A DNA stretch of 63,859 nt, counting the filler, from Chiloscyllium plagiosum (taxonomy: Eukaryota), in the NCBI RefSeq assembly GCF_004010195.1. It is 3 parts of one record of this genome, joined end to end, with 100 filler letters (N's around TTAATTAATTAA, not from the genome) between each part and the next. Parts side by side here need not be neighbours in the genome. Positions count along the whole stretch, not along the records: positions 29,686 to 58,384 come from NC_057714.1; positions 58,485 to 63,859 come from NC_057714.1; 1 more part is not named here. One strand, written 5' to 3'. The notes beneath the pieces are model-generated. The model saw nothing but the letters and a program-made list of their open reading frames with translations. It ran no database searches and was not told the origin of the DNA. A program made the position numbers and the translations under genes. How positions within the stretch are numbered: position 1 is the stretch's first letter; the number at the start of each line of letters is the position of its first letter. Below are positions 52,909 through 63,859 of the stretch, in pieces.

Positions 52909-53972
52909 GACCGCACTATTTCAAACGTGATTGAGTCGTCCAACCGAACTACCTGAAGTATCTCGCTGTCCGGCAGGTCTGAGAACAGGAAATCCTTCCT
53001 GAAACAAGCCAGCACCCACTGTAGGCTGTGTTGATGCTCCACCCACAGCTCCTGCACCACACCCATTCTTGGGTTCTGCAGACAAATAACAACAGATGTC
53101 CAGGTTATAGTTTGGAAATAACCTATTAGAGCAACAGTCATGAGAACATGCTTTAAGATAGTTGTAATTGGAATGATAAATTTACAAAAAAACATTTCAA
53201 ACAGAAGATTCCTACAAAATTTTTAAAAATTAGCAACATGCTACAAATGTTCCCACATTTTCCAGATTATTTTAAAATAGAAAGGTATAATGTACTGCAT
53301 TTCTGAAAATACATTCTTGATGAGCGAGTCTCCATTTTGGCAGCACGGTCCTGCAAAATTACTACTGACTTGCGACTTCAAGTGTCTAATTTATTTTACT
53401 TATTTACTACCAAGGTGCCACTATGAATTTATGAACTAAAATAATCAAACAATTTATGTAAAACATTACCATCTTTACAGTGGATATATTCTTACTGCCA
53501 AAATGCACCATTTATATTCCATCTGTCCATTTTTTGCCCACTGAACTTTTCTAAATCACTTTGCGAATTTTATTTAACCTTCTCAACCTGCTTTCCTACC
53601 ATTTAGTCCAATCATCCAAGTCATTAGGATTATAAATAATTACAGCCCCAGAAACTATTCTTGTAGCTATTCAACATGTACAGTATGCCAACCCGAAAAT
53701 GACCAATTTGCCCTGACACGGTCTCTAAGTCCGTGTAGATCCTAAGTCCCTTTAACAGATTTAAGGCTTGAAAACATGAAAAAGTGAATTGTGTATGGTA
53801 ACCCACAGAAATGGTATGGCATCAAAGTGAAACACTTACTGTCAATGACTGGGGTGCTCCTGTCATTGATTTGTGTCACCTTTTTCAACCGTACTCCTTT
53901 GTGGATATCGCTTAGCAAAGCATTCCGCCCTGTTAGCTCGTTTGTATTTTGTTTGGGAAGTTCTACATGTGC
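35090..53972 (-). CDS. WIPF3: WAS/WASL-interacting protein family member 3 (WIP/verprolin family); span of five internal coding exons, 5'- and 3'-partial
   Basis: Five GT-AG exons join in one open frame (phases 0-1, 1-1, 1-1, 1-1, 1-1). Motifs RNALLSDIHKGVRLKKVTQINDRS (WH2), GLFQEGFPVLRPAGQRD, PPALPPKLPSF, PPVRSSSTELTSRSQ and DDFESKYNFHSVEDLPSPDEY match my recall of WIPF3 better than WIPF1 or WIPF2. Confidence 0.9.
36013..37073 (+). mobile_element. Solo LTR related to the Gmr1-like LTRs (opposite orientation), interrupted by a SINE
   Basis: The reverse complement of its end (TGTTACGATACAGCGGGGTGAACCCTCCTGCTAATTAAATC) resembles the 42462 LTR start. TSD not clear. Confidence 0.6.
36557..36873 (+). 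mobile_element. Young HE1/V-SINE-like tRNA-derived SINE
   Basis: GGCAGCACGGTGGCACAGTGG A-box, GGTTCAATTCC B-box, V-core-like domain, CR1-like end and (ATCTA)n tail. Confidence 0.88.
37510..37972 (+). mobile_element. Decayed solo LTR
   Basis: Similar to 59790-61024; ends GTCTGGTCTGGTCCATAGCA. Confidence 0.5.
39527..39985 (+). mobile_element. Old SINE (DeuSINE/SacSINE1-like)
   Basis: GCAGTACTGAGGGAAAGCTGCACTG core; tail ending AAATGCAAGTTCTTT. Confidence 0.5.
40357..40572 (-). CDS. WIPF3: WIPF3 exon (216 nt), GGKPAPPPLPPVRSSSTEL motif
   Basis: Lies inside ORF 40319..40777. Acceptor TTTCTCAG|TA, donor TATG|GTAATT. Phase 1-1. Confidence 0.88.
41024..41166. mobile_element. Penelope-derived fold-back mini-element with 14-bp TSD
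   Basis: ~50-bp arms. TCATTACAATTATA at 41010-41023 and 41167-41180. Confidence 0.88.
41450..41750 (+). mobile_element. HE1/V-SINE-like SINE (5'-damaged)
   Basis: Similar to 36557-36873. Confidence 0.75.
42462..43147 (-). repeat. 3' LTR of the Gmr1-like element
   Basis: TGTTATGACA...TATAACA termini. On the minus strand it is preceded by the purine tract GGGGGTGGGGGGCAG (43148-43163). Confidence 0.9.
47992..48015 (-). promoter_or_regulatory. Primer-binding site complementary to tRNA-Pro 3' end
   Basis: Minus strand reads TGGGGGCTCTTCCAGGATTTGAAC versus the tRNA-Pro complement TGGGGGCTCGTCCGGGATTTGAAC (2 mismatches), 3 nt from the LTR end. Confidence 0.85.
48019..48729 (-). repeat. 5' LTR of the Gmr1-like element
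   Basis: TGTTATGACA...CATAACA termini; aligns with 42462-43147; adjacent to the PBS. Confidence 0.9.
48834..49682 (-). CDS. WIPF3: WIPF3 large proline-rich exon (849 nt)
   Basis: Lies inside ORF 48823..49692. Acceptor TTGGTTTCAG|AA, donor GGAG|GTAAG. Contains multiple polyproline tracts and EVPPALPPKLPSF. Phase 1-1. Confidence 0.88.
51380..52030 (-). mobile_element. Highly decayed CR1-like fragment
   Basis: Residual RT similarity (CCTTGTCAAATACCTT, AAAACCATGCTG). Confidence 0.5.
52851..52907. repeat. (CA)n microsatellite, ~28 units
   Basis: Read directly; lies ~45 nt into the intron after the donor of exon 52953-53075. Confidence 0.97.
52953..53075 (-). CDS. WIPF3: WIPF3 exon (123 nt), Gly-rich linker and degenerate second WH2-like motif
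   Basis: Acceptor TCTGCAG|AA, donor TCAG|GTAGTT. Translates KPKNGCGAGAVGGASTQPTVGAGLFQEGFPVLRPAGQRDTS. Confidence 0.92.
53840..53972 (-). CDS. WIPF3: WIPF3 exon encoding the WH2 actin-monomer-binding domain (133 nt)
   Basis: Acceptor TTCTTACAG|GCA, donor GACA|GTAAGT. Translates AHVELPKQNTNELTGRNALLSDIHKGVRLKKVTQINDRSTPVID. Not present in the ORF track. Confidence 0.93.
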
Positions 53973-55579
53973 CTGTAAGAAATTTGAAACCTATTAATGA
54001 ATCTTCTTGCATTCACACAAAACTTTTCAGATTTAGTAAGTTACAAGAGAAATAGTAGAAGCTGAAACTACAGTTAATATTGGTTTAAATAAAATCATAT
54101 TAGCATGTTGTCTCATTAAGAAGTTGTATATGGTTTATCAGTCAATTTAACTAAATTAGCTTCAGGTGTCAACAAAACTCACACTGGAGAAACCTCTAAA
54201 GCATGGAGAGCCTTATGTCTCCATGTGTATACATTTCCTGAAGGAGATTGCTTGTTTTAGTTCTGGTCTCATAACTTAATGACTTGCAATTATTCACTGA
54301 TTATGGAGCCACTGAATACAAGAGCTAAGTTACACTGAGCTAGAATCCACTGTATAAATAATGGGGAGACTATTTCTTGCAAATCATCAGTAAATTCAAA
54401 TTGGTGCAGATATGTAGTTAAGTATAGAAATCGGTTTGGCTTGCACGGTTCTTCTGTTGGCTTTATGGGAATGGCAACTTACCATCTGACATGCCATTTA
54501 AATGCACAAAACAGAGCAGTGCAATGTTCCTGTACTGACTTTGCAGATACAGTCTAAACCGTAAAACAGTTGAGGTTTTGTCCATATACATCAAGTCCCA
54601 TTTTTAATTGTGTGATATGACTAAGTTGCCACCATACCACCTTTCCTGCACTAACTACTAACTATTACAAACATGAAGAATCATTCTTTCAGATTTTAAT
54701 TGTATCTTGAGATGTAAAAAGATATAAATTACATTTTCTTTTAGTCTCTTGATCTAATGATTAATGAAGTTTTTAACCTTCCTATCTTTCACTTCCTTTA
54801 CTTGATATGACATTGGATTAAGTATTCTAGTTTATACTTCAGACAAATACCTACAATATTCATTAACACTTCTTCACTCAATGTTAAAGGAGTACACAGT
54901 TGCTTCTGCCATTCACACAGATCTTAGACTACACATCTGGGGTGCATCACACAAATTCCATCTGTCACTTGTAGCAATTTGCTGCACATCTAGAAAAACA
55001 AAGCGAGCAAACACAAGTGTAATGAATGGCTGGGACATTTACTCATCAGCTTCAATAAAGCCTGATACTGTGCATTGCACAAAGATATTGTAGCACTCTT
55101 GTCAAATAACTTCTGATGTCTAACATACTAGAATTGGAAGACAGTCAAATTCACTTAACATTAAGTCTAGTGCTATTAAGTTTAGTGGACTTAAATTGTA
55201 CTATAAAAAGAGAGAGATGGTGATTATTTACTAGAAGACAGACTGCAGAAAGCTACAGAATGGAGGGATTTGGGAGTTCTCATCCTGTAATCTCAAAAAA
55301 AAAATTAGCATCCAAGTTCAGTGGGTAACACAAAGCAAACGGAACGTTGGTCTTTATTTCAAAGCAAATGAAGTGTAAAGGAAGGGAAGCATACAAGGCA
55401 CTCGTGAGCCCATAGCTGGAATACTGCAAACAGTTTTATAACTGTTCTGAGGATAGATATATTGGCATTGGAGGTAGTCCAGAGAAGGATCACTGGGCTG
55501 ATACGAGGTATAGTGGGATTGTTTTGAGAGGTTGAGTAGATTATGCCTGTACTTGGAACAAAGAAGAGAGTGAAAGGCA

Positions 55580-56575
55580 GCTCTCCCACCCATCCAACCC
55601 AAACTTTGGGTCCACTACGTGGATGACACCTTTGTCATCACCCAACGAAACAAATTAGAGGAAACCTATAATGCCATCAATAATAACCTCACTGGCATAA
55701 AATTCACAGCAGAGGACAACAACAAACTGCCATTCAGAGATGTCACAGCAGAGCAAACACTCAAATAGGAAACTTCAAACCTGCATCTACAGGAAAACAA
55801 CACATATGGACCAAATACTGAACAAGAGAAGCAAATCATCCCAACATCCACAGACAGAGCTGCGTTAGGACACTATTGCAATGAGCCACCACACACGGCA
55901 GCACTGAGGAACTACGAAGATCAGAACAGAAATACCTACACAGCGTATTCAAGAAGATGGAGTACCCAATAAACAGTCCTCAGATTCCTCAGCAACAAGC
56001 CCAAGCAAGCAGACAATGCATCCAGAAACCCTGGCCGCTTTACCCGACAAAGACATCTCTGAAATTACTTCCACACTACTCAGATCTCTTGGCATCATTG
56101 TAGCCCACAAACCTACCAACGCACTAAAACAGCAACTTGTGAACGTAAAAGACTCTATACAAACAAGCAAAATGGGATGTAATTTATAAAATACCTTGTT
56201 AGTACTGTAAAACACTACATCAGACAAACAGACTGAAAACTAGCCCCCAGGATACATAATCATCAACTAGCCACAAAAAGGTATAACCCACTCTCACTAG
56301 CCTCCTTCCATACAAAGGAGGACACCACTTTGACAGGGACAAGCCGGAGACATACACAAGAATTACTGGCAGCAGGGCATTCCAACATCAATTGGGATCC
56401 CATCTACCATCCTCGGAGAAAAAAGAACTGGAAATGACATCACCCACCCAAAGAAACAAATAGAAAGTGGGACATAACACCAATGCTTCACCAGAGGCTC
56501 ACTGATGTTACCTAGTACGGTGATGAAATATGTGAAAACAAACATTCCAGCTCAGAGAGCTAACTTACATCCACA
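55580..56575 (+). mobile_element. Degenerate Penelope-like element (RT C-terminus, GIY-YIG, pLTR)
   Basis: PKLWVHYVDDTFV RT motif, VIYKIPC-like GIY-YIG trace, decayed hammerhead motif near 56500-56530. Confidence 0.75.
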
Positions 56576-58246
56576 GTTGCCTCTATCAAATTTGAAATTT
56601 CGGTCTGCTAGTTTCTCACATTAACCTAGCAGAAAATCAATTACAAACCAACTCTGTTGACTCTACAAAAGCTCTTCTGATAATGATTAGTCTGTGGGTA
56701 TCACTAATAGCCTCACAGAGCCATACTCACCAAACCCTACAAACAAACAAAATCCCAGACATCACTACCATCCTTGGCTAAATAGTTGGAAAGGAGTTGC
56801 TTTGAGAGTCCTCAAAGTCTTGTGGCACCAGGTCAAATGTGGGTAAGGAAATTTCCTACTATCACTATTGTTTCTGCATCCCGACTTATCCCCAGTCCTT
56901 CAGCTAATAAAACAAACAGTTCTTTTCCAGGCTGAATACCACTTGGGGGAAGCATTGAGGATGGTCAGGGTCACAGAATGCATTCTGCATGAAGGAGTTC
57001 AATGTCTTTCTCCAAGAATGACTCAGTAGCACCACTATAAATTGGATTGCTGAGTCCTAAAGGACATACCTTTAACACTGGTCAGTAGCAGATGTTAAAA
57101 GAACCAATAAGTGGGTAAAATCTAATTTACCTTATCCTCACCAATCTACTGGTTGCAGTTTTCAGAAGCAACCACAGCACAGTCCTTGAGAGAACGCTTC
57201 ATCTTCGCCTTGAGGATAGACTCAAGTGTGTTGTGCAGCACTGCCACAATGTTGAACAAGATAAATTTCAAACTGATCGAGCAACTCAAAACTTCAGACA
57301 TCTAAGAGATGCTGTGAGTCATGTTCTCTTCATTTTTAATGTCCTCTGAATCTCTGGGAGGTCCATGCTTGGCAATAGCTTCCAGTAGCAGAAGACAATG
57401 TGGCTGCACAGCTTAGAGGAAATGCTGGCTGCAGACCATCAGCAACAAGAGGAGGCAGTCCCACAATCTTCTCCAGCCTCCATGACGGGACGATCCAGCA
57501 AATCAAAGGGAAGTGACAAAGCTAAAGTATTTGCACCCAACTCCAGCCAGAACTGCACAGTCGATAATCCAGCTCAGCCACGTCCTCCTAAAGATCCCCA
57601 GCAAAGATATCAGTCAATTCTCTCTATATAATATCAAAAAGAGCTGAAGGCACTGAATTCTGCAAAAGCTACAATTGCGAACAACATCCCGGCAATGATT
57701 CTGAAGACTTGTTTGTGAATTTTCTGCCCTTAGTAAAGCTATTTTGGTACAGCCACAATAGTGACATCTACCTGGCAACATTGAAAATTGCAGGAAATAA
57801 TTTCTGCAGATGCTGCAGTCTGTACTGGAAACAAATGCTGGAAATCACAGCAGGTCAGACAGCATCCATGGTGACAGCAAGCTAGCGTTTTGAGTCTAGA
57901 TGACTCTTCAGCACAGCTAATTGAGCTAGTACAGGTCTGGACAAGCTGAACAAGGTCAAAGTTTTTGTAAAAGAATAAAATTCCTAGAAGCAGTGACTTA
58001 CAAGCCAAGTTCTATTCTTGTGGCAGGTACCATGTGCGAATACATGAGGATGAGTATCGTCACCTTCATCGACACATGGACAGGGGAAGAGAGTGCAAGC
58101 GTGCGATAGAGAGCATGAGAACAGAAATTGATTACCAATTCTGTATGTGTATTACAGAAACTGGTCAATAGGTCATTGGCAATCAGGTTCTGGATTAGTG
58201 GTGCTGGAAGAGCACAGCAGTTCAGGCAGCATCCAAGGAGCTTCGA

Positions 58247-58281
58247 AATCGACGTTTCGGGCAAAAGCCCTTCATCAGGAA
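58247..58281 (-). ncRNA. Minimal hammerhead ribozyme motif (Penelope pLTR)
   Basis: Minus strand CTGATGA-A-GGGC-TTTT-GCCC-GAAA-CG-TC. Confidence 0.65.
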
Positions 58282-58384
58282 CAAAGGCAGTGAGCCTGAA
58301 GCGTGGAGAGATAAGCTAGAGGAGGGCTGCCTGACCACTAATCCAGAATCTGGTTTCCAGCATCTGCAGTCATTGTTTTTACCT

Positions 58385-58484
58385 NNNNNNNNNNNNNNNN
58401 NNNNNNNNNNNNNNNNNNNNNNNNNNNNTTAATTAATTAANNNNNNNNNNNNNNNNNNNNNNNNNNNNNNNNNNNNNNNNNNNN
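58385..58484. other. Assembly gap spacer N44-TTAATTAATTAA-N44
   Basis: Same artificial 100-nt linker as 29586-29685. Confidence 0.97.
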
Positions 58485-59789
58485 CTGCCGACGGGACATT
58501 AACCGCCTCAACCTGTCTACCCCCCTCCCCCACTCCAACCTCTCACCCTCACAAGGCGCAGCCCTCCAATCCCGACCTCACCATCAAGCCAGCAGATAAA
58601 GGGGGCTCAGTGGTAGTCTGATGCACTGACCTCTACATCGCTGAAGCCAAACGCCAACTCGAGGACACCTCTTCCTAACGCCCCCTCGACCATGACCCCA
58701 CCCCCCATCACCAAACCATCATCTCTCAAACCATACAGAACCTCATCACCTCAGGCAATCTCCCACCCACAGTTTTCAACCTCATAGTCCGGATACCGCA
58801 CACTGCCCGGTTCTATGTCCTTCCCAAGATCCACAAGCCTGACCACCCTGGCCGACCCATTGTCTCAGCATGCTCCTGCCCCTCTGAACTCATTTCTAAC
58901 TACCGCGACACTGTCCTATCCCCCCTAGTCCAAGAACTCCCCACATACGTTCGAGACGCCCTCCACTTCCTCCAAGACTTCCGTTTCCCCGGCCCCCAAC
59001 GCCTCATCTTCACCATGGATATCCAATCCCTCTACCTCTCCATCCGCCATGACCAAAGCCTCCAAGCCCTCCGTTTCTTCCTCTCCCGATGTCCCCAACA
59101 GTAGACTTCCACCGACACTCTCATTTATTTGGCCGAACTGGTCCTCAACCTTAACAATTTCTCCTTTGAATCCTCCCACTTCCTCCAGACCAAAGGGGTA
59201 TCCATGGGCACCTGTATGGGCCCCAGCTATGCCTGTTTCTTTGTTGGCTACGTAGAACAGTCCATCTTCCGTAATTACACCGGCACCTAAAGGAGCCTTC
59301 CACATCCAACAAAGTTTTACCTGCACATCCACCAATGTCATTTATTGTATCTGTTGCTCCTGATACAGCCTCCTCTACATTGGGGAGACTGGACGCCTCC
59401 AAGCCGAGCGCTTTAGGGGACATTTCTGGGACACCCGCACTAATCAACCACACCGCCCTGTGGCCCAACATTTCAACTCCCCCTCCCACTCTGCCGAGGA
59501 CGTGGAGGTCCTGGGCCTCCTTCACCGCCCATCCCTCACCACCAGACACCTGGAGGAAGAACACTTCCGCCTCGGAACACTTCAACCCCAGGGCATCAAT
59601 ATGGATTTCGACAGTTTCCTCTTTTTCCCCTTCCCCCACGTCACCCCAGTTCCAAATTTCCAGTTCAGCACTGTCCCCATGACTCGTCCTACCTACCTGT
59701 CTTCTTTTCCACCTATCCACTTTTCCAGCACCATTCTAATCTAGAATCTGGTTTCCAGCATCTGCAGTCATTGTTTTTACCTAGTTTAT

Positions 59790-61024
59790 TTTTTAACAGT
59801 CTGAATGAGTGTGGCCAACTCTCTCAAATTCAGATTTCTGGATTTCTAAACTTGCAGCATCAGAAGCTATTGGGGTCTCAACAGAGTTAGAAGCTTAAAT
59901 GAATGTCTCCAGGCTGCTACTCTCTCTGAATTTTCTCTTGCTGTTTTTCCTTCCTGGATGGGATACCTGCATTGTAAGGATCTTTGTCTGAATTTCCCTT
60001 TTTGCCAAGGGGTATGTTTATGGGATATTACTATATTGGAACATGTAATCAGTAAACATTACTGTATCAATTATTCTATTAAGTCTTTAGTAAAGTTAAG
60101 TTATTCTAAATTCCTGTTTCTTTGTTTGTGTTTTAACTAGAGTGTTTAAATAAGTTGTGTTTTGCTTTACGCCGAATAGTTTGACCAATCACATTGCATC
60201 TGGAGCAGGTACTTCACATTTGCCTTTGAAAATAGGAAAACGTTGTGATCTAGGTGTTAGGTTCTATTCCCGGGGTATCACACACAAGATGCAATTTGCT
60301 CACACCAACCCCTGCAAACAGTTAGTTTACTAAAGAGTGTAAAAGCTAGGTGACACTCTTCACTGGTCGGGCGAAGTCGAATCAAAATGAGGCCCCGAAC
60401 AAAGGAAACACATTCCCTTTATGCAGGTCAGTCGGTAATGCTCACAGGTACTCTGCCCCCCCCCCCCCCCCCAACCACATGTTACTCCAGGTACAATGGT
60501 AGGATGAGATCAGCCTCTGAGGTAATGTAAATGTAAACGCTGTAATCCTGGGGTTTTGTTATGCAAATGATTTCCTGACTCAGTGATTCCCCAAGACAAT
60601 GAAGACGTGATAAATCTTAGGTTCGGGGCGGTCCTGTAAGCTAGTTCTGGTTCCACTACTTCCTCACACAGCATAGGTGTGATATGCTTCAGTATCGGGG
60701 ATGATCATGCAAACGAACCTGAATGGCTAGGGGATGGCTCAGAAAGTATTTCTGAATGGGAGGGACTGAATGATAGTTTAATTTGATAATGGTAGGGGAA
60801 TAGGAGTAGTAAATGACTGTCTAAATGGAGTGGGAGTCATCCGCATTCCTGCATCAATGTCGTCCCCACCCACTTCCAGAATGTTCAGCTTCTGGAGGAA
60901 GACAGTACACTTTAGATGTTAATGTAATATTAAAGGGTTAGAGAGAGAGTCCAATTTAATCTTTTAGCATTACATAGGCAACCCCCTTAAAATATTTTGA
61001 GCGAGTCTGGTCTGGTTCATAACA
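59790..61024 (+). mobile_element. Solo LTR (3' part) interrupted by a second LTR
   Basis: Similar to 37510-37972; ends GTCTGGTCTGGTTCATAACA. Confidence 0.55.
60255..60974. mobile_element. Nested solo LTR with 4-bp TSD TAGG
   Basis: TGTTAGG...GCATTACA, flanked by TAGG at 60251-60254 and 60975-60978. Confidence 0.75.
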
Positions 61025-62410
61025 GCAGCAACAGAGATAGTGGACACACTGGTAGAAATCTTCCAAGAATCCTTACTTCTGGAAAAGCCCCAGAGGATTG
61101 GAAAACTACCAATGTACCACCCTTATTCAAAAAGGGAGGGGTATAAATAAAAACAGATAACGTAGGCCAGTTAGATTAACATTTGTTATTGGGAAACTGT
61201 TGCAGTCTAAAAATGTGGGAGCAGAGCATTTAGAGTCAACATGCCTTCATGAAGGGCAAATCATGCTTGACGAATTTATTAGAATTCTTTGAGCAGGTAA
61301 CGTGGGATAGGTAAACGGAAGCAATGACTTTAGTATCTTTGGATATCCAAAAAGTGTTCAATAAGGTACCATATATTAGGCTGCTTTATAAGATAAGAGC
61401 CCATGGAGTTGGGCATGGTATATTGGTACACTCAGCAGATTGGCTAACGGGGATTTTCAGGATGGCAATCTGTGCTATTGGTGTGCCACAGGAATCAATT
61501 CTGGGGCCACAATTATTTACGACATATATTTGTCACTAGGATAGGTGGTAGGTGTATTATTTGTCATGTTTGCAAATGACGCAAAATAGCCGAGAAGTTA
61601 AGTGATAAGGATGACACACAATCTGCACAGGGATATAGATAGGTTAAGTAAGCCGATAAAAACTTGGCCGATGGAATTTAATGTGAGAAAATGAATGGTT
61701 ATACATTTCAGCAGGAAAAATAGAGGAGCTGAATATTATTTAAGGGGAGAAAGAGTGCAGAAATATGCATTGCAAAGGGATTTGGAGGTCCTGTTGCATG
61801 AGTTACAAAAAGCTAGTGCACAATTTAAGCAGGTAATAGGAAGGTCCAATGAATGTTGGCCTTTATTTCAAAGGAAATGGAGTGTGTGTATATATAGGAA
61901 AGTCTTGATTAAAGCTATATAAGATACCAGTCAAACCACAGCTGTGGTCGGCTTTGGTCCTCTTTGAGAAGGCTTTCGAGGCAGTCTTGAAAAGGTTCAC
62001 TGGGATAATCCTGTTGTAGAGGAATTTTCTTACGAGGAGAGGTTAATTAAGTTGGGGTTGGTACTCCTTAGAGTTTAGGAAAATAAGAGGCAACCTTACT
62101 GAGACATAACGTTCTTAGGAGGCCTGACAGGGTTGATACAAAGAGGTTGTTTCCCCTTGTGGGAGAGCCTAAGAGAAGAGGGCATAATTTCAGAATAAGG
62201 GGATGCCTAACTAGTCAGGGATGAGGAGGAATATTTTCTTAGAGGGTAGTGAGCCTGTGGAGTTCTTTACCGTAGAGGGCTATCGAGGCTTGTTAAGTAT
62301 ATTCAAGCCGTGATAGATGGTTTTTATCACTAAGGGAACCCAAGGAATATAGGGAAAAGGCAGGAAAGCAAAGTTGAGGATTGTCAGATCAGCCATGATC
62401 TGATTGATTA
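61025..62410 (+). mobile_element. Degenerate CR1 LINE
   Basis: PEDWK.TNVPPLFKKG, LDIQKVFNKVP, GVPQESILGPQLF. Confidence 0.85.
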
Positions 62411-62459
62411 GTGGAACAGTTATTTTTAAGCTGATATCCACTAGTTCACGGTTTTCTGA

Positions 62460-63200
62460 TGAGGGAAACTTCTTCTGCCTCTCTCTATTCTGTATAGACT
62501 CCCATGATTTGAAAACCTTTTTCACATCTCTTAATTTGCTCTCCTTAATGAAGAATTGCCCTGATTTCACCAATTTCACCACATAACTGCGGTTCCCACT
62601 TTCCTGGATCTATATATTTGTTAATCTTTTCTGCAACCTCTGTAATATCAGATCTTTCCTGAAGTTTGGTGCCCATATTTGCCAGACTGGATATCATATC
62701 AGTTCCATTTGAGTCAGCGTAGTATGAAGGTTAATTGTAACTTTCTTCGTTTGTATTCTGCCCCTATTTATTAAAGTCAGGATCCTGTATGCTTGCTTAA
62801 CCAGCCTTGCTGCTTTGTACATATATACCCCTAGGTTCAACCACTTTGACACCTTTTTAATTTTTTTTTGTCTGACCTTGTCCTTTCCTCAATGTATCAC
62901 TTCATAATTCTCTGTATTAACATTGCACCAACGTATGTCTGTCTGTTCTGCCAACCTATTCCCCCGAAGTCTATCGCAGTTTACATTGCAGTTCACAATT
63001 CTATCGTGCAAATTATGAAACTGTGTCCTGCACACCATTATTCAGCCATTAATTCAGATTAAGAAAAGCTGTAAGCTTAACATCAACTCCTAGAATCTCC
63101 ACTTCATCCAGTTTGAAAATCAACTGTTCACAGCTTTTCTTTCATACAATGAACTTGATATCATGTTGCCATTGTCTTTTTTACTACATGAGCTTCAGTT
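62460..63200 (-). mobile_element. Highly decayed CR1-like fragment
   Basis: Weak CR1 ORF2 C-terminal similarity on the minus strand. Confidence 0.4.
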
Positions 63201-63604
63201 TTAAAGAACAAAGAATAAAGAACAGCACAGGAACAGACCCTTTGGCCCTCCTAGACCTAGCTGCTAAGAGCTGAGGAGTGGGTTAGAGCTAAAATTAGCT
63301 AATGTGCCAATTGTCAGAATCAATCCCATCTCCTGACTATTTTCACAGAGGTGTGATGGAGGATGCAGTGGAGCTTCCTGCCCACATACAGCAGGTGACC
63401 ACCTCAACTCATAAGGAACCTGTCAAGACCAATGTAATGTAGGCAGGCAGATTTAGAGGCCCTCATCCCCTTACATTAGTAGCTCACCTGCAAGATTCAG
63501 TTTTCTTAAAATTGCTTAAATTTTTTTTGAAACTTAAAGCTTAGGAAAGTTGGAGATAGAGTGTTTCAACCTGAAGCACACTGTTGCTTGCTTACTCTCT
63601 GTTA

Positions 63605-63859
63605 TGGAGAAAGTGAGGTCTGCAGATGCTGGAGATCAGAGCTGGAAATGTGTTGCTGGAAAAGCGCAGCAGGTCAGGCAGCATCCAGGGAACAGGAGAA
63701 TCGACGTTTCGGGCATAAGCCCTTCTTCAGGAATGGGGAAAGTTTGTCCAGCAGGCTAAGATAAAAGGTAGGGAGGAGGGACTTGGGGGAGGGGCGTCGG
63801 AAATGTGATAGGTGGAAAGAGGTCAAGGTGAGGGTGAAAGGTCAGACTGGGGTGGGGGC
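63605..63859 (-). mobile_element. Penelope-like element 3' pLTR (runs off the window)
   Basis: Near-identical to 29110-29330 and includes the terminal tail. Confidence 0.88.
63699..63734 (-). ncRNA. Minimal hammerhead ribozyme motif (Penelope pLTR)
   Basis: Minus strand ATTC-CTGAAGA-A-GGGC-TTAT-GCCC-GAAA-CG-TC-GATT. Confidence 0.65.

Larger units (their letters stand above)
58188..59782 (+). mobile_element. Penelope-like retrotransposon: inverted pLTR, direct pLTR, gap, RT and GIY-YIG (internally deleted), 3' pLTR
   Basis: IKPADKGGSVVV, LPKIHKPDHPGRPIVS, FTMDIQSLY, GVSMGTCMGP, NVIYCICC..YIGETGR, HFNSPSH..LGTLQPQGIN. Continuity across the gap is assumed. Confidence 0.88.

Noticed and set aside
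54000..63859. First coding exon of WIPF3 (expected MPVPPPPP...)
   Set aside because: No matching minus-strand polyproline start found; probably beyond the window or within the gap.

Overview
Repeat-rich vertebrate genomic DNA. A shark/elasmobranch source is inferred from HE1/V-SINE-like SINEs together with CR1, Penelope and Gmr1-like repeat families. Two artificial 100-nt gap spacers (N44-TTAATTAATTAA-N44) lie at 29586-29685 and 58385-58484. The only host gene I can support is WIPF3 (WAS/WASL-interacting protein family member 3) on the minus strand. It has five phase-compatible GT-AG internal coding exons (53840-53972, 52953-53075, 48834-49682, 40357-40572, 35090-35191) encoding the WH2 domain, a polyproline region and the N-WASP-binding motif. 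The first coding exon was not found and the terminal exon is uncertain. One intron holds a full-length but decayed Gmr1-like Gypsy element (42462-48729) with integrase placed before RT, a tRNA-Pro PBS and a CCAT TSD. The rest is CR1/L2 LINEs, SINEs, solo LTRs, a Tc1/mariner MITE and many Penelope-like elements. The most distinctive pattern is five tiny fold-back Penelope-derived inserts from four families. Each has a 12-16 bp TSD and an unpaired tail of about 35 nt, and minimal hammerhead-ribozyme cores occur in the Penelope ends. I found no convincing evidence for a wholly new gene system. Most ORFs in the supplied track are repeat-derived or spurious.
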